The notes below the pieces were generated by a model. It saw only the letters and a program-made list of their open reading frames with translations. It was not told the DNA's origin and did no database searches. Made by a program: the position numbers and the translations under genes. From Bryobacteraceae bacterium (GTDB lineage: Bacteria > Acidobacteriota > Terriglobia > Bryobacterales > Bryobacteraceae), in the NCBI GenBank assembly GCA_049516355.1, contig JBEKTF010000004.1, positions 1,931 through 65,930 of the forward strand: DNA of 64,000 nt, read 5' to 3'. Position 1 is the first letter of the stretch. Every line of letters begins with the position of its first letter. Shown in pieces: positions 8,681-16,480 of this stretch.

Positions 8681-9673
8681 ATGATTATCGCGGGCGCGGG
8701 AATAATCGGTCTTTCGTGTGGCTGGCGGCTTGCTCAGCAGGGTCGGCGCGTTACGATCTTCGATTCCCGCGAGACAGCCGGCGAAGCGAGTTGGGCGGGA
8801 GCCGGAATGCTGGCGCCGGGAGGCGAGGTGGAGGAGGCTTCTCCGCTCGCCCGCATGTCGCTGCGTAGTCTGACACTGTATCCTGGCTTCGTAGCCGAAC
8901 TAAGCGATATATCGGGTATTGCAATCGATTACCAGCGTTGCGGCGCCGTGGAACTGGCGCTGAATGATGCCGAAGCCGAGGCACTCATGCAGCGAGCCGC
9001 GCGTCAGTCGGCCATCGGGATTCGCTCGGAACCCATAACCTACACCGGTAGTGTTATCGCGCGTTTCTTCCCGGATGACCAGTTGGTGGCTCCCAGGGAT
9101 GTTACAAGCGCGCTGCGAATCGCCTGTCTGCGCGCGGGTGTTTCGATTCGCGAATGTGAGCCTGTAACCGAAATTATGCCGAACGGCTTGGGCGTTCGCA
9201 CCACTCAGGGGGAATATCGGGATAACGATGGAGTCCTGATCGCGGCCGGAGCCTGGAGTTCAAAGCTGCGAACAGATTTGCCTGTTACTATACCTGTCCG
9301 AGGTCATCTCATCGCGTATCATACAGACCGGCCGTTGATAAGTTCTATTCTCCGCCATAAGCACACTTATCTGCTGCAGCGTCACGGCGGAACACTCATC
9401 GCCGGATCGTCGACGGAGTATGTGGGATTCGACCGCGCGATCGACCAGGGGATTGTAAGCGACATACACTCGCGCGCATCGAAATTGCTTCCGGAGTTAG
9501 CGGCATTAACTCCGGCGGAGCGCTGGAATGGTTTTCGGCCCGGGACTGAGAGTGGTAACCCGGTCGTCGGCCGGATTGAAGGTACCGCGATCTGGACGGC
9601 GTTCGGCCATTACCGGAACGGCATTCTGCTGGCCCCTGAAACCGCCAGGATCATCGCCGAATCCGTCGGCTGA
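8681..9673 (+). CDS. thiO: FAD-dependent oxidoreductase, glycine oxidase ThiO-like
   Basis: MIIAGAGIIGLSCGWRLAQQGRRVTIFDS is a Rossmann GxGxxG motif of the DAO family. C-terminal HYRNGILLAP is typical of ThiO. thiG is 5 kb away. The symbol is tentative. Confidence 0.6.
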   Translation: MIIAGAGIIGLSCGWRLAQQGRRVTIFDSRETAGEASWAGAGMLAPGGEVEEASPLARMSLRSLTLYPGFVAELSDISGIAIDYQRCGAVELALNDAEAEALMQRAARQSAIGIRSEPITYTGSVIARFFPDDQLVAPRDVTSALRIACLRAGVSIRECEPVTEIMPNGLGVRTTQGEYRDNDGVLIAAGAWSSKLRTDLPVTIPVRGHLIAYHTDRPLISSILRHKHTYLLQRHGGTLIAGSSTEYVGFDRAIDQGIVSDIHSRASKLLPELAALTPAERWNGFRPGTESGNPVVGRIEGTAIWTAFGHYRNGILLAPETARIIAESVG

Positions 9674-9723
9674 CTTCCGGCAGGATACGGGAGAGGATTT
9701 TCACAGGCTGGAAGAGGGTGCCT

Positions 9724-9916
9724 GGCAGGCGGAACCGCCCAATGCCACTTAGTTTTTCCAGAAACGTGCAAATTCTGTGGGCGGCTCCCCCGAGCCGCGT
9801 CGGGTGCCCTCGCCCGGCTCTCGTAGAATCAACAGCGTGAGAAAGCCGACGGGGGCGTCGGCCGCGGGACAGGGGTCCCGCCCCACAAGACTAAGTGGCC
9901 CACCAAACCTGGCAGT
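9724..9916. repeat. MITE-like intergenic repeat, copy B (inverted relative to copy A)
   Basis: Ends are GGCAGGCGGAACCGCCCAATGCCAC (9724-9748) and GTGGCCCACCAAACCTGGCAG (9896-9916). The core is the reverse complement of the copy A core. Contains hairpins CGGGTGCCCTCGCCCG and GCCGACGGGGGCGTCGGC. Confidence 0.6.
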
Positions 9917-9975
9917 TCACCAAGCCAAAATGTAGAAACTCCAGTCACAGGCTGAAGCCTGCGGCTGGCCCAGAC

Positions 9976-10809
9976 TTATACCCAGCGCGGGAATGGATTG
10001 CCGGGAGCCTTCCGGCATTCTCCGAGCAGTTGGGGTACTCTCCTGCGGCGGCGTAACAACGATTCGAGCAGGCGTTCGAGCTGGCTTCCGTCGTCCTCCA
10101 GCCAGGGCGGTGGGAGCTGACGCAGAATCCTGTCGAATATCCCGGTGGGAAAGTTCAAAATCCGTTCGATCCAGGGTTGGAAGTCGTCGAGGCCCCGCAC
10201 GCTGTCGTAGACAATGCGGCGCGGATAAAGGCCGGCAACGCTCGAATCGGGAAAATCCCAATGCGGGCCGTTAAAGGCGAATCCATGATCGATCATCAGG
10301 GCCACGAAGCCGAGCTTACGGGGCGGAATTCCCGGTCGCGCCAGCCAGTCCTTCAATTGCGCCTGGAAGAAGATCGATTGCCGCCCGTCGGCATTCGCCA
10401 CCCAGCGGTCGAAGGCGAGGACCGCGAGGAACTGTTCCGCATTCGCGACCTGGTTAAGAAGGGAATCCGGAATGAAATCGTAAACTGCCATGACTTCGGG
10501 GTTGCCCGGGTGACGGGAGCCGAAGTGCCAGCCGGGCTCGATCGCCTGGCGGCGCGTGCCCGTTTGCAGGTGTACTTCGGGATTGCCTGCGATGAATTCC
10601 GGGGATAGCTGGACGATTTGATGCTCCGGGCAGGCGATCTGAAGATGCGTCAGAATCTCCGCCGCCACGAATTCATTCACGAGAATCCGCCGGTGCTGCG
10701 GGTTATTCTGAAACTTGACGATGTAATAGTCGCCGTCGTCGGCTTCCAGCAGATGCGCCTGCGCGCCACCCCGCATCTTGCGGATGAACCGGCGCGCGTT
10801 TATCGGCAT
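9976..10809 (-). CDS. HipA-like (PI3/4-kinase fold) serine/threonine kinase family protein
   Basis: MRGGAQAHLLEADDGDYYIVKFQNNPQ N-terminus, FDRWVANADGRQ and MIDHGFAF blocks resemble the short HipA-family kinases. Start set at MPINARRF (ATG 10809). Confidence 0.55.
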   Translation of the reverse strand: MPINARRFIRKMRGGAQAHLLEADDGDYYIVKFQNNPQHRRILVNEFVAAEILTHLQIACPEHQIVQLSPEFIAGNPEVHLQTGTRRQAIEPGWHFGSRHPGNPEVMAVYDFIPDSLLNQVANAEQFLAVLAFDRWVANADGRQSIFFQAQLKDWLARPGIPPRKLGFVALMIDHGFAFNGPHWDFPDSSVAGLYPRRIVYDSVRGLDDFQPWIERILNFPTGIFDRILRQLPPPWLEDDGSQLERLLESLLRRRRRVPQLLGECRKAPGNPFPRWV

Positions 10810-10853
10810 ACTATCTGCAGGAAGAACAAATCCACGACCCAGGGGAGCATCAA

Positions 10854-11099
10854 TTGACGCCAGAAGAGACAAAGTCCGCGGGCGATAGCACGAAAGACGC
10901 AGCGAAAAACCGGGATGAGATTGCACTTGAGCTGATGAAGTTCATCGCCGTTACCACGGGAGTCGGGAAAGGGAGCAACCCGGCTGCCGGGTTTTCGGGC
11001 AAACCGGCGAAATCGGCTGAGGAATACGCCGAGTCGCTGATCCAGTTGTTCGAAAGGTGCCGGGAAGTCGTAGCCAAGCCGGTTCCCGGCCAGAAGTAA
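10854..11099 (+). CDS. small hypothetical protein
   Basis: 81-aa ORF with a TTG start (alternative ATG gives a 54-aa MKFIAVTTG.. product). GC-rich third positions. Divergent from the HipA-like gene. No recognisable domain. Confidence 0.35.
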   Translation: MTPEETKSAGDSTKDAAKNRDEIALELMKFIAVTTGVGKGSNPAAGFSGKPAKSAEEYAESLIQLFERCREVVAKPVPGQK

Positions 11100-11117
11100 A
11101 AAACGCGGGAACAGGGG

Positions 11118-11141
11118 CCGGCCTTCGTTCGCGAAGACCGG
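11118..11141. terminator. hairpin between convergent genes (possible terminator)
   Basis: CCGGCCTTCG-TTCG-CGAAGACCGG, a 10-bp stem with one mismatch. No adjacent T-tract on either strand. Confidence 0.3.
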
Positions 11142-11181
11142 CTGCCACATTGCTTCCCAAATTCAGGGTTCCCCCAATCAG

Positions 11182-11820
11182 TTAGCGGCGGCCCGACTTC
11201 TTTGCGGCCTTTTTCACCGCTTTTTTCGGCGCGGCCTTCTTTACGGCCTTTTTCGGCGCGGCTTTTTTCACCGTTTTCTTCGCGGGCGCTTTCTTGGCCG
11301 CTACTTTCTTCGGCGCTGCTTTTTTGGGTGCTGCTTTCTTCGCTATCGTCTTCTTCGCTACAGTTTTCTTAGCCGGCGCCTTCTTCGCTACCGTCTTTTT
11401 GGCGACGGCCTTTTTAGCCACCGCTTTTTTGACGACGGCTTTTTTTACGGCCGCCTTCTTTGCGACAGCTTTCTTTGCGACAGCTTTTTTCGCAACAGGC
11501 TGGGGCGCGGCCTTTTTCGCCGGAGACGCTTTGGAGGGAACTGCCGCGGCCGCCTTCTTCGCCGACTTCGCGGGCTTGCGCGCGGGCGGCGCTTCCGCCG
11601 TCTCAATCACCTCGATGATCTCCAAAATGACCGGCTCGCCCATTGCGGATGGAGCGGGAGGCGGCGTCGGCAGGGCTAATAAATCTTCTTCTTCGTCGTC
11701 ATCCTCGTCGTCTTCATAGTCGTCGAGTTTTGAGTCGACGTCATCGCTCTCGTCGTCGTAGTCGCGAAAATCTTCCATTTCGTCTTCGTCCTTCGGAGCG
11801 AACTTCAGGTCATCGAACAT
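11182..11820 (-). CDS. histone H1-like Lys/Ala-repeat protein with poly-acidic N-terminal domain
   Basis: The N-terminal ~60 aa are about 60% Asp/Glu ([37 protein letters not shown]). The C-terminal ~130 aa are [10 protein letters not shown] / [11 protein letters not shown] repeats, as in AlgP/Hc1/PhaF-type nucleoid-binding tails. Confidence 0.75.
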   Translation of the reverse strand: MFDDLKFAPKDEDEMEDFRDYDDESDDVDSKLDDYEDDEDDDEEEDLLALPTPPPAPSAMGEPVILEIIEVIETAEAPPARKPAKSAKKAAAAVPSKASPAKKAAPQPVAKKAVAKKAVAKKAAVKKAVVKKAVAKKAVAKKTVAKKAPAKKTVAKKTIAKKAAPKKAAPKKVAAKKAPAKKTVKKAAPKKAVKKAAPKKAVKKAAKKSGRR

Positions 11821-12208
11821 TCAATCAGCCTCCTGTTTCGGCGCAGTCTCCATTAGGATACCCCTTTTTGTTTTCCGCGCAACTATCCAGTGCACTCAAA
11901 ATAGCGCAATCGAATACAAAAAAGGAATCCCGTCACGCGAAGGGGGTGCGACATAAAAGTCAGGGAACCATTGAAGTGCATGCCGGCCGAACAAATCTGA
12001 GCGTAACCTGTCCCTACAGCTTCCGGCACTCACAGCTTCTGGCCAGATCGGGTCGAGTGACCAGGATTGCCGCCGGCACCCCGGCCGCGGACCCCTTACC
12101 TGGGACCGACGCCGTGGCCGGTCTTTTCCAGATGAACCGCAATGTTTCAGCCTGACGACGGCCGGAAGCCGGCTCCCAATTTAGCCCGGTTATTTACTCG
12201 ATACCACA

Positions 12209-13009
12209 CTATTTTATGTGACCCTCGGTGAAATCCTTGTTGTTTTCTTCGCAGGAATACTCCATGATTTCCCAGTCCGGCCTGAGGGTGAAGACCCGGG
12301 TGTTCTTCCACGGACGGGTAAACGCTTTGGGATCTTCGATGGTGATCTCCCAGGCGATGTGTTTATCGTCCGTGCGGGTAAAGCGCTCCACCGTGTGCAT
12401 GGCATCGCTGTGCGGATGGCCGACCGTATCCATGTTGGTTTTATCGTTGAACCCGATCGTGTCGACAACGAGAGTGTCGCCGTCCCACTTGCCCACGGAA
12501 TTTCCAAACCAGAGCGGATCGGGATCCTTGGGGTGAGGACGCCCGTCCGTATGGATAATCTCGAAGACGTTCCACGCTTCGTACAGGATGGCCACGAGGT
12601 CGTTGGTCTCAACGATGCGGATCGGGAACGGCGAATTCATGGATCGCGTCAGCCCCTGAGGAAGACAACGCCCCGTGTAGTCGAATTTCGCCGGATCGTA
12701 ATTCTTGAACACCTGCGCATATTCAGGCGTGAAAGGGATGGTTCCGGCGCCCTTCTGGTTTGCCCCGTCCTTCGACATATCCGGGACGTAAGGCCGCTCC
12801 CACACTCCATTCAGGTCCGGCTTCCCGTTCGAAAGGCGCGGCATGGCCCAGGATTGAGCTTTCCCGTTGGTTGACTGGGCGGCCGTTGCTTGGGCAGAGG
12901 CCGTTGCCTGGGCGGCGGCGGAGACTGGCGCACATAACCACGCAGCAATGGCCAACGAAACGGCAGACAGATGGACGCAATGATTTTTCAAGCTCGAAAC
13001 TCCTGGCAC
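12209..13009 (-). CDS. secreted hypothetical protein
   Basis: Signal peptide (LAIAAWLCAPVSAAAQ). Coding-like 266-aa ORF with no motif I can name. Confidence 0.65.
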   Translation of the reverse strand: MPGVSSLKNHCVHLSAVSLAIAAWLCAPVSAAAQATASAQATAAQSTNGKAQSWAMPRLSNGKPDLNGVWERPYVPDMSKDGANQKGAGTIPFTPEYAQVFKNYDPAKFDYTGRCLPQGLTRSMNSPFPIRIVETNDLVAILYEAWNVFEIIHTDGRPHPKDPDPLWFGNSVGKWDGDTLVVDTIGFNDKTNMDTVGHPHSDAMHTVERFTRTDDKHIAWEITIEDPKAFTRPWKNTRVFTLRPDWEIMEYSCEENNKDFTEGHIK

Positions 13010-13104
13010 TCGGTATTATATCGGCGAGTTGACTCCATACGCAGCGGGGACGTAGGCTGTCTGAAGCGAAGCGGCGGAATTCCTGGCCAAGAAGGATGGA
13101 TTAA

Positions 13105-14097
13105 ATGGGAAAGCTCAGGCTGACGATGGCCTGCTGGAACTACGACCGGACGCGCGCCCTTATGGAAGGACGCGTCCCGATCGACGGGGTGGAACTCAAC
13201 TATCTGAACCTGCCCGTGGAAGAGACTTTCTTTCGCATGCTGCGGCACCGGGAGTTCGAAGTGGCGGAACTCTCCCTCTCGTCTTACACGGTTTCGTTAT
13301 TTCGGGACAATCCGCCCTTCATCGCCATCCCGATCTTCCTTTCGCGCTTTTTCCGGCACTCCTGTATTTATGTGAATGCGGACAGCGGGATTCGCGAGCC
13401 ACGAGATCTGATCGGAAAGCGGATTGGAAATCCCGAGTATCAAATGACCGCTCCGGTCTGGATCCGGGGAATCATGAGCGATGAATATGGAGTGCCTGTC
13501 ACCAGCCCCACATACTTGAGCGGCGGCGAGGAAGAGCCGGGCCGTTCCGAGAAGATTGCGCTCTCCCTTCCGCCCGAGTTCCGGCTTCAGGCTATTCCGA
13601 CCGACAAAACGCTGTCCCGCATGATTGAAAGCGGAGAAATCGATGCCCTGTACACGGCGCGCGCGCCTTCCACGTTCGGGAATGGTTCGGGAAAGGTAAG
13701 ACGTTTGTTCGGGAACTATGCCGCCGTCGAGCGCGAGTACTATCTGAAAACCAGGATCTTTCCCCCCATGCACATCGTCGCTCTTCGCCGCGACGTTTAT
13801 GAGAAGAATCCCTGGATAGCTCAGTCGCTGAGTAAGGCATTTATCGCTTCGCAGAAAGACGCTTATGAAGAACTCCGGAGCACTGCCGCGCTGAAATGCA
13901 TGCTTCCCTGGTTGACCCACCATGTAGAGGAAACAGAGGAGCTGATGGGCCGGGACTACTGGCCTTATGGATATCAGCCGAATATAAAATCGCTCAGCAC
14001 CTTCCTTCGCTATCACTATGAGCAAGGCTTATCCAAACGCCTGTTAGCACCTGATGAGATCTTCGCGCCCGAGTCTCTGGAATCTTTCAAAATTTAA
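13105..14097 (+). CDS. 4,5-dihydroxyphthalate decarboxylase-like / periplasmic-binding-protein-fold enzyme
   Basis: N-terminus MGKLRLTMACWNYDRTRALMEGRVPIDGVELNYLNLPVEETFFRMLRHREFEVAELSLSSY matches the pattern I recall for the PhtD-like family. Confidence 0.55.
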   Translation: MGKLRLTMACWNYDRTRALMEGRVPIDGVELNYLNLPVEETFFRMLRHREFEVAELSLSSYTVSLFRDNPPFIAIPIFLSRFFRHSCIYVNADSGIREPRDLIGKRIGNPEYQMTAPVWIRGIMSDEYGVPVTSPTYLSGGEEEPGRSEKIALSLPPEFRLQAIPTDKTLSRMIESGEIDALYTARAPSTFGNGSGKVRRLFGNYAAVEREYYLKTRIFPPMHIVALRRDVYEKNPWIAQSLSKAFIASQKDAYEELRSTAALKCMLPWLTHHVEETEELMGRDYWPYGYQPNIKSLSTFLRYHYEQGLSKRLLAPDEIFAPESLESFKI

Positions 14098-14122
14098 GCG
14101 TCTTTCAAGATTTAAGATACTC

Positions 14123-15655
14123 ATGACACCCACGCTCCCGGCAGGCGCCTACAAGTGGTGGATAACAGGACGGGGTGATATCGATACCATCATTGCCCAG
14201 GTCGGCTTCAACCTCGCGCAATTGGTTATCCCCGTGTTCTTACTGCTCCCGGCCGGAATCCCGATGGCCTTCAGCGTCAGCCACCTGTTGCCGGGTTATG
14301 CCCTGGGGTATCTGACAGGCTCGCTTGGCCTGGTCTGGATGGCGGTAGGTCTCGGGCGGCGCCAGGGACGACAGAACGTCACCGCCCATGTCTACGGAAA
14401 TAATGTGCCGGCGATTATTGCATACACGTTATCCATCATGCTGCCGGTTTATTTGCAGACACACGATGCCAACGCGGCGTGGGAGATCGGCGCGGCAGCA
14501 GTAGCCTGGACAGGGATGATCAAACTGGCGGCGGCCCCGTTCGCCGGGAGTATCCGCCGATTTATTCCCGCACCCGCATCGATGACTGTCTTCGGAGCAG
14601 CCATGTACAGTTATCTTGCACTCGTTCTCTTGCAGCGCGTGTTCGATCAACCACTGGTGGGTCTCGTCGCCCTCGCCATTGTCGTAACGAGCGTTCTGGC
14701 TAACGTGCCGATTACACGCTGGCGAATTCCGCCCTTCATCGTCGCCTGGATTATCCCGTTGGCCGTAGGCATAGCTGTCGGGTATGTGCGTCCCGTGTGG
14801 CAAGGAGCATCGGTTACCTTACCGCTCGCTATCACTCCCGGGCCCTTAAGAGCCATGGTCCTGGCGCTGCCTTACATGTCCGTCATCGCGCCCATGGCCT
14901 TTTATCATGTGCTGCAGGATATCGCCTCGGCTGCCGGCGGAGCCGCGGCAGGCGACGATTATGACGTACGCGCTCTTCTGGCGTGTGACGGTCTCGGGAC
15001 GCTGGTCTGCGGTCTCGCGGGAAGCGTCGTGGCGCCGGTGGTCTACGCGATGCTTCCCTCTTACAAAGCGATGGGTGCGCGCATCAGCTATGCGCTGTGG
15101 ACTCCCCTTATCCTGCTCGCGGCGGTAATGAGCGGTCTTACCATTTTTGTCGCACAATTGTTTCCCTGGCCGATTCTGGCTGCGATGACGGCTTATGTAT
15201 CGATCGGCGTAGGCATGGCGACCTTGCGCCGGGTGGATCCGAAATATCTGAGTGTGGTCCTGCTCGGATTCGTTATCCCAGGAGGTGCGGTAGTGGCGGC
15301 TGCCGTCAATTCGGCGTTACCCGCGCTTCAACTCTCCGCCGCCAATCCCGGTGTGCAAGCCGCATTGAACCGGTCCATTTACTGGTCTTCCATTCAAGGG
15401 CTTGGAAACGGCTTTCTGTTCCTTGTGCTGGTTGTATCTTCGCTGCTCGCGGAGGCAATCGACCGCAGATTCGGGCGAGCCGCGCTATGGTGCCTGATCG
15501 CCGCCGTCTTCTCCTGGTTCGGGCTTATGCATTCCGGGCTGATTCGCTGGGGCGCACAGCCGGTTTACGCGGCCGGCTGGCTGGCCGCCGCGATTATCGT
15601 GTACTCGACTCGCTGGTGGAGAGGCGACGGTGGTGCGAACGGCACCGGCGGCTGA
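14123..15655 (+). CDS. polytopic permease (xanthine/uracil/vitamin C permease-like)
   Basis: About 12 hydrophobic segments. Start moved to ATG 14123 (MTPTLPAG), after the stop of the upstream gene. The family call is tentative. Confidence 0.6.
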   Translation: MTPTLPAGAYKWWITGRGDIDTIIAQVGFNLAQLVIPVFLLLPAGIPMAFSVSHLLPGYALGYLTGSLGLVWMAVGLGRRQGRQNVTAHVYGNNVPAIIAYTLSIMLPVYLQTHDANAAWEIGAAAVAWTGMIKLAAAPFAGSIRRFIPAPASMTVFGAAMYSYLALVLLQRVFDQPLVGLVALAIVVTSVLANVPITRWRIPPFIVAWIIPLAVGIAVGYVRPVWQGASVTLPLAITPGPLRAMVLALPYMSVIAPMAFYHVLQDIASAAGGAAAGDDYDVRALLACDGLGTLVCGLAGSVVAPVVYAMLPSYKAMGARISYALWTPLILLAAVMSGLTIFVAQLFPWPILAAMTAYVSIGVGMATLRRVDPKYLSVVLLGFVIPGGAVVAAAVNSALPALQLSAANPGVQAALNRSIYWSSIQGLGNGFLFLVLVVSSLLAEAIDRRFGRAALWCLIAAVFSWFGLMHSGLIRWGAQPVYAAGWLAAAIIVYSTRWWRGDGGANGTGG

Positions 15656-15672
15656 GACCGCCGGCGTTACCT
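15644..15672. repeat. 29-nt hairpin repeat, copy 2 (ACCGGCGGCTGAGACCGCCGGCGTTACCT)
   Basis: 28/29 identical to 3088-3116. The loop contains the permease stop codon TGA. Confidence 0.6.
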
Positions 15673-15729
15673 GCGTCCGGGTATATACTGAACGGAATCC
15701 GGGAAGTCCCGGTTGAAAGGCGACTGCGC

Positions 15730-16479
15730 ATGCGATTGCTTTCACTGTCGCTGCTCCTGTTGTTACCGGTGGCGCTGCAGGCACAGCACACTTATACCCC
15801 GGCGGACATTCAGGAAGGCGGCCGGCTTTTCCGTGCGAATTGCGTCCTGTGCCACGGTCCGGAAGGCGACCAGGTGCCCGGCATCGATCTCGGTCATGGC
15901 CGGTTCCGCCAAACGTATTCCGAAAGCGCCCTGATCAAGATCATCCAGAATGGCATTCCGGGGACCGGCATGCCGCCCAACAATCTGCAGGATTTCCAGG
16001 CGGAAATTGTTGTGGCTTATTTGCGATCCCTGGCTACCGCCGGGCGTACGGTCACCGGCAATGGCAATGCCGCGCGGGGCAAGGTAATCTTCGCGGGCAA
16101 AGGGAATTGCGCAAGCTGCCATCGCGTGAACGGCGTGGGCTCGCGCGTCGGCCCCGATCTGAGCGATATTGCCGCATTGCGCCGCACGGTCGAGATCGAG
16201 CAATCCCTGCTCGATCCGAACGCCGAAGTCCTTCCCCAGAACCGCACGTATCGCGTTGTGACCTCGCAGGGAGAGACCATCACCGGCCGGCTCCTCAATG
16301 TCGACACCTTTACGGTACAGATTCTCGATTCGAAGGAACGGCTGCTGTCGCTTCAACGGTCCGGCCTTCGCGAATCCGGTCTTGTAAAGGACTCACCGAT
16401 GCCCTCCTACCGCGACAAACTCAGCTCCCAGGAACTGGCGGACGTTGTCGCTTATCTGGCTACTCTGAAAGGACTCTGA
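15730..16479 (+). CDS. di-haem c-type cytochrome
   Basis: Signal peptide MRLLSLSLLLLLPVALQA and two CxxCH motifs (CVLCH, CASCH). The long track ORF from 15097 overlaps the permease and is rejected. The stop lies 1 nt before the PQQ dehydrogenase ATG. Confidence 0.8.
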   Translation: MRLLSLSLLLLLPVALQAQHTYTPADIQEGGRLFRANCVLCHGPEGDQVPGIDLGHGRFRQTYSESALIKIIQNGIPGTGMPPNNLQDFQAEIVVAYLRSLATAGRTVTGNGNAARGKVIFAGKGNCASCHRVNGVGSRVGPDLSDIAALRRTVEIEQSLLDPNAEVLPQNRTYRVVTSQGETITGRLLNVDTFTVQILDSKERLLSLQRSGLRESGLVKDSPMPSYRDKLSSQELADVVAYLATLKGL

Positions 16480-16480
16480 C

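Noticed and set aside
11200-11530. Regular short DNA periodicity that could be mistaken for a CRISPR or tandem-repeat array.
   Set aside because: It is the coding sequence of the AKKAV repeat tail. There are no unique spacers and no cas genes.
15097-15729. N-terminal 211-aa extension of the cytochrome c ORF in the track (15097-16479).
   Set aside because: The extension overlaps the 3' end of the permease gene in another frame and is Arg-rich nonsense. A clean signal peptide starts at ATG 15730.
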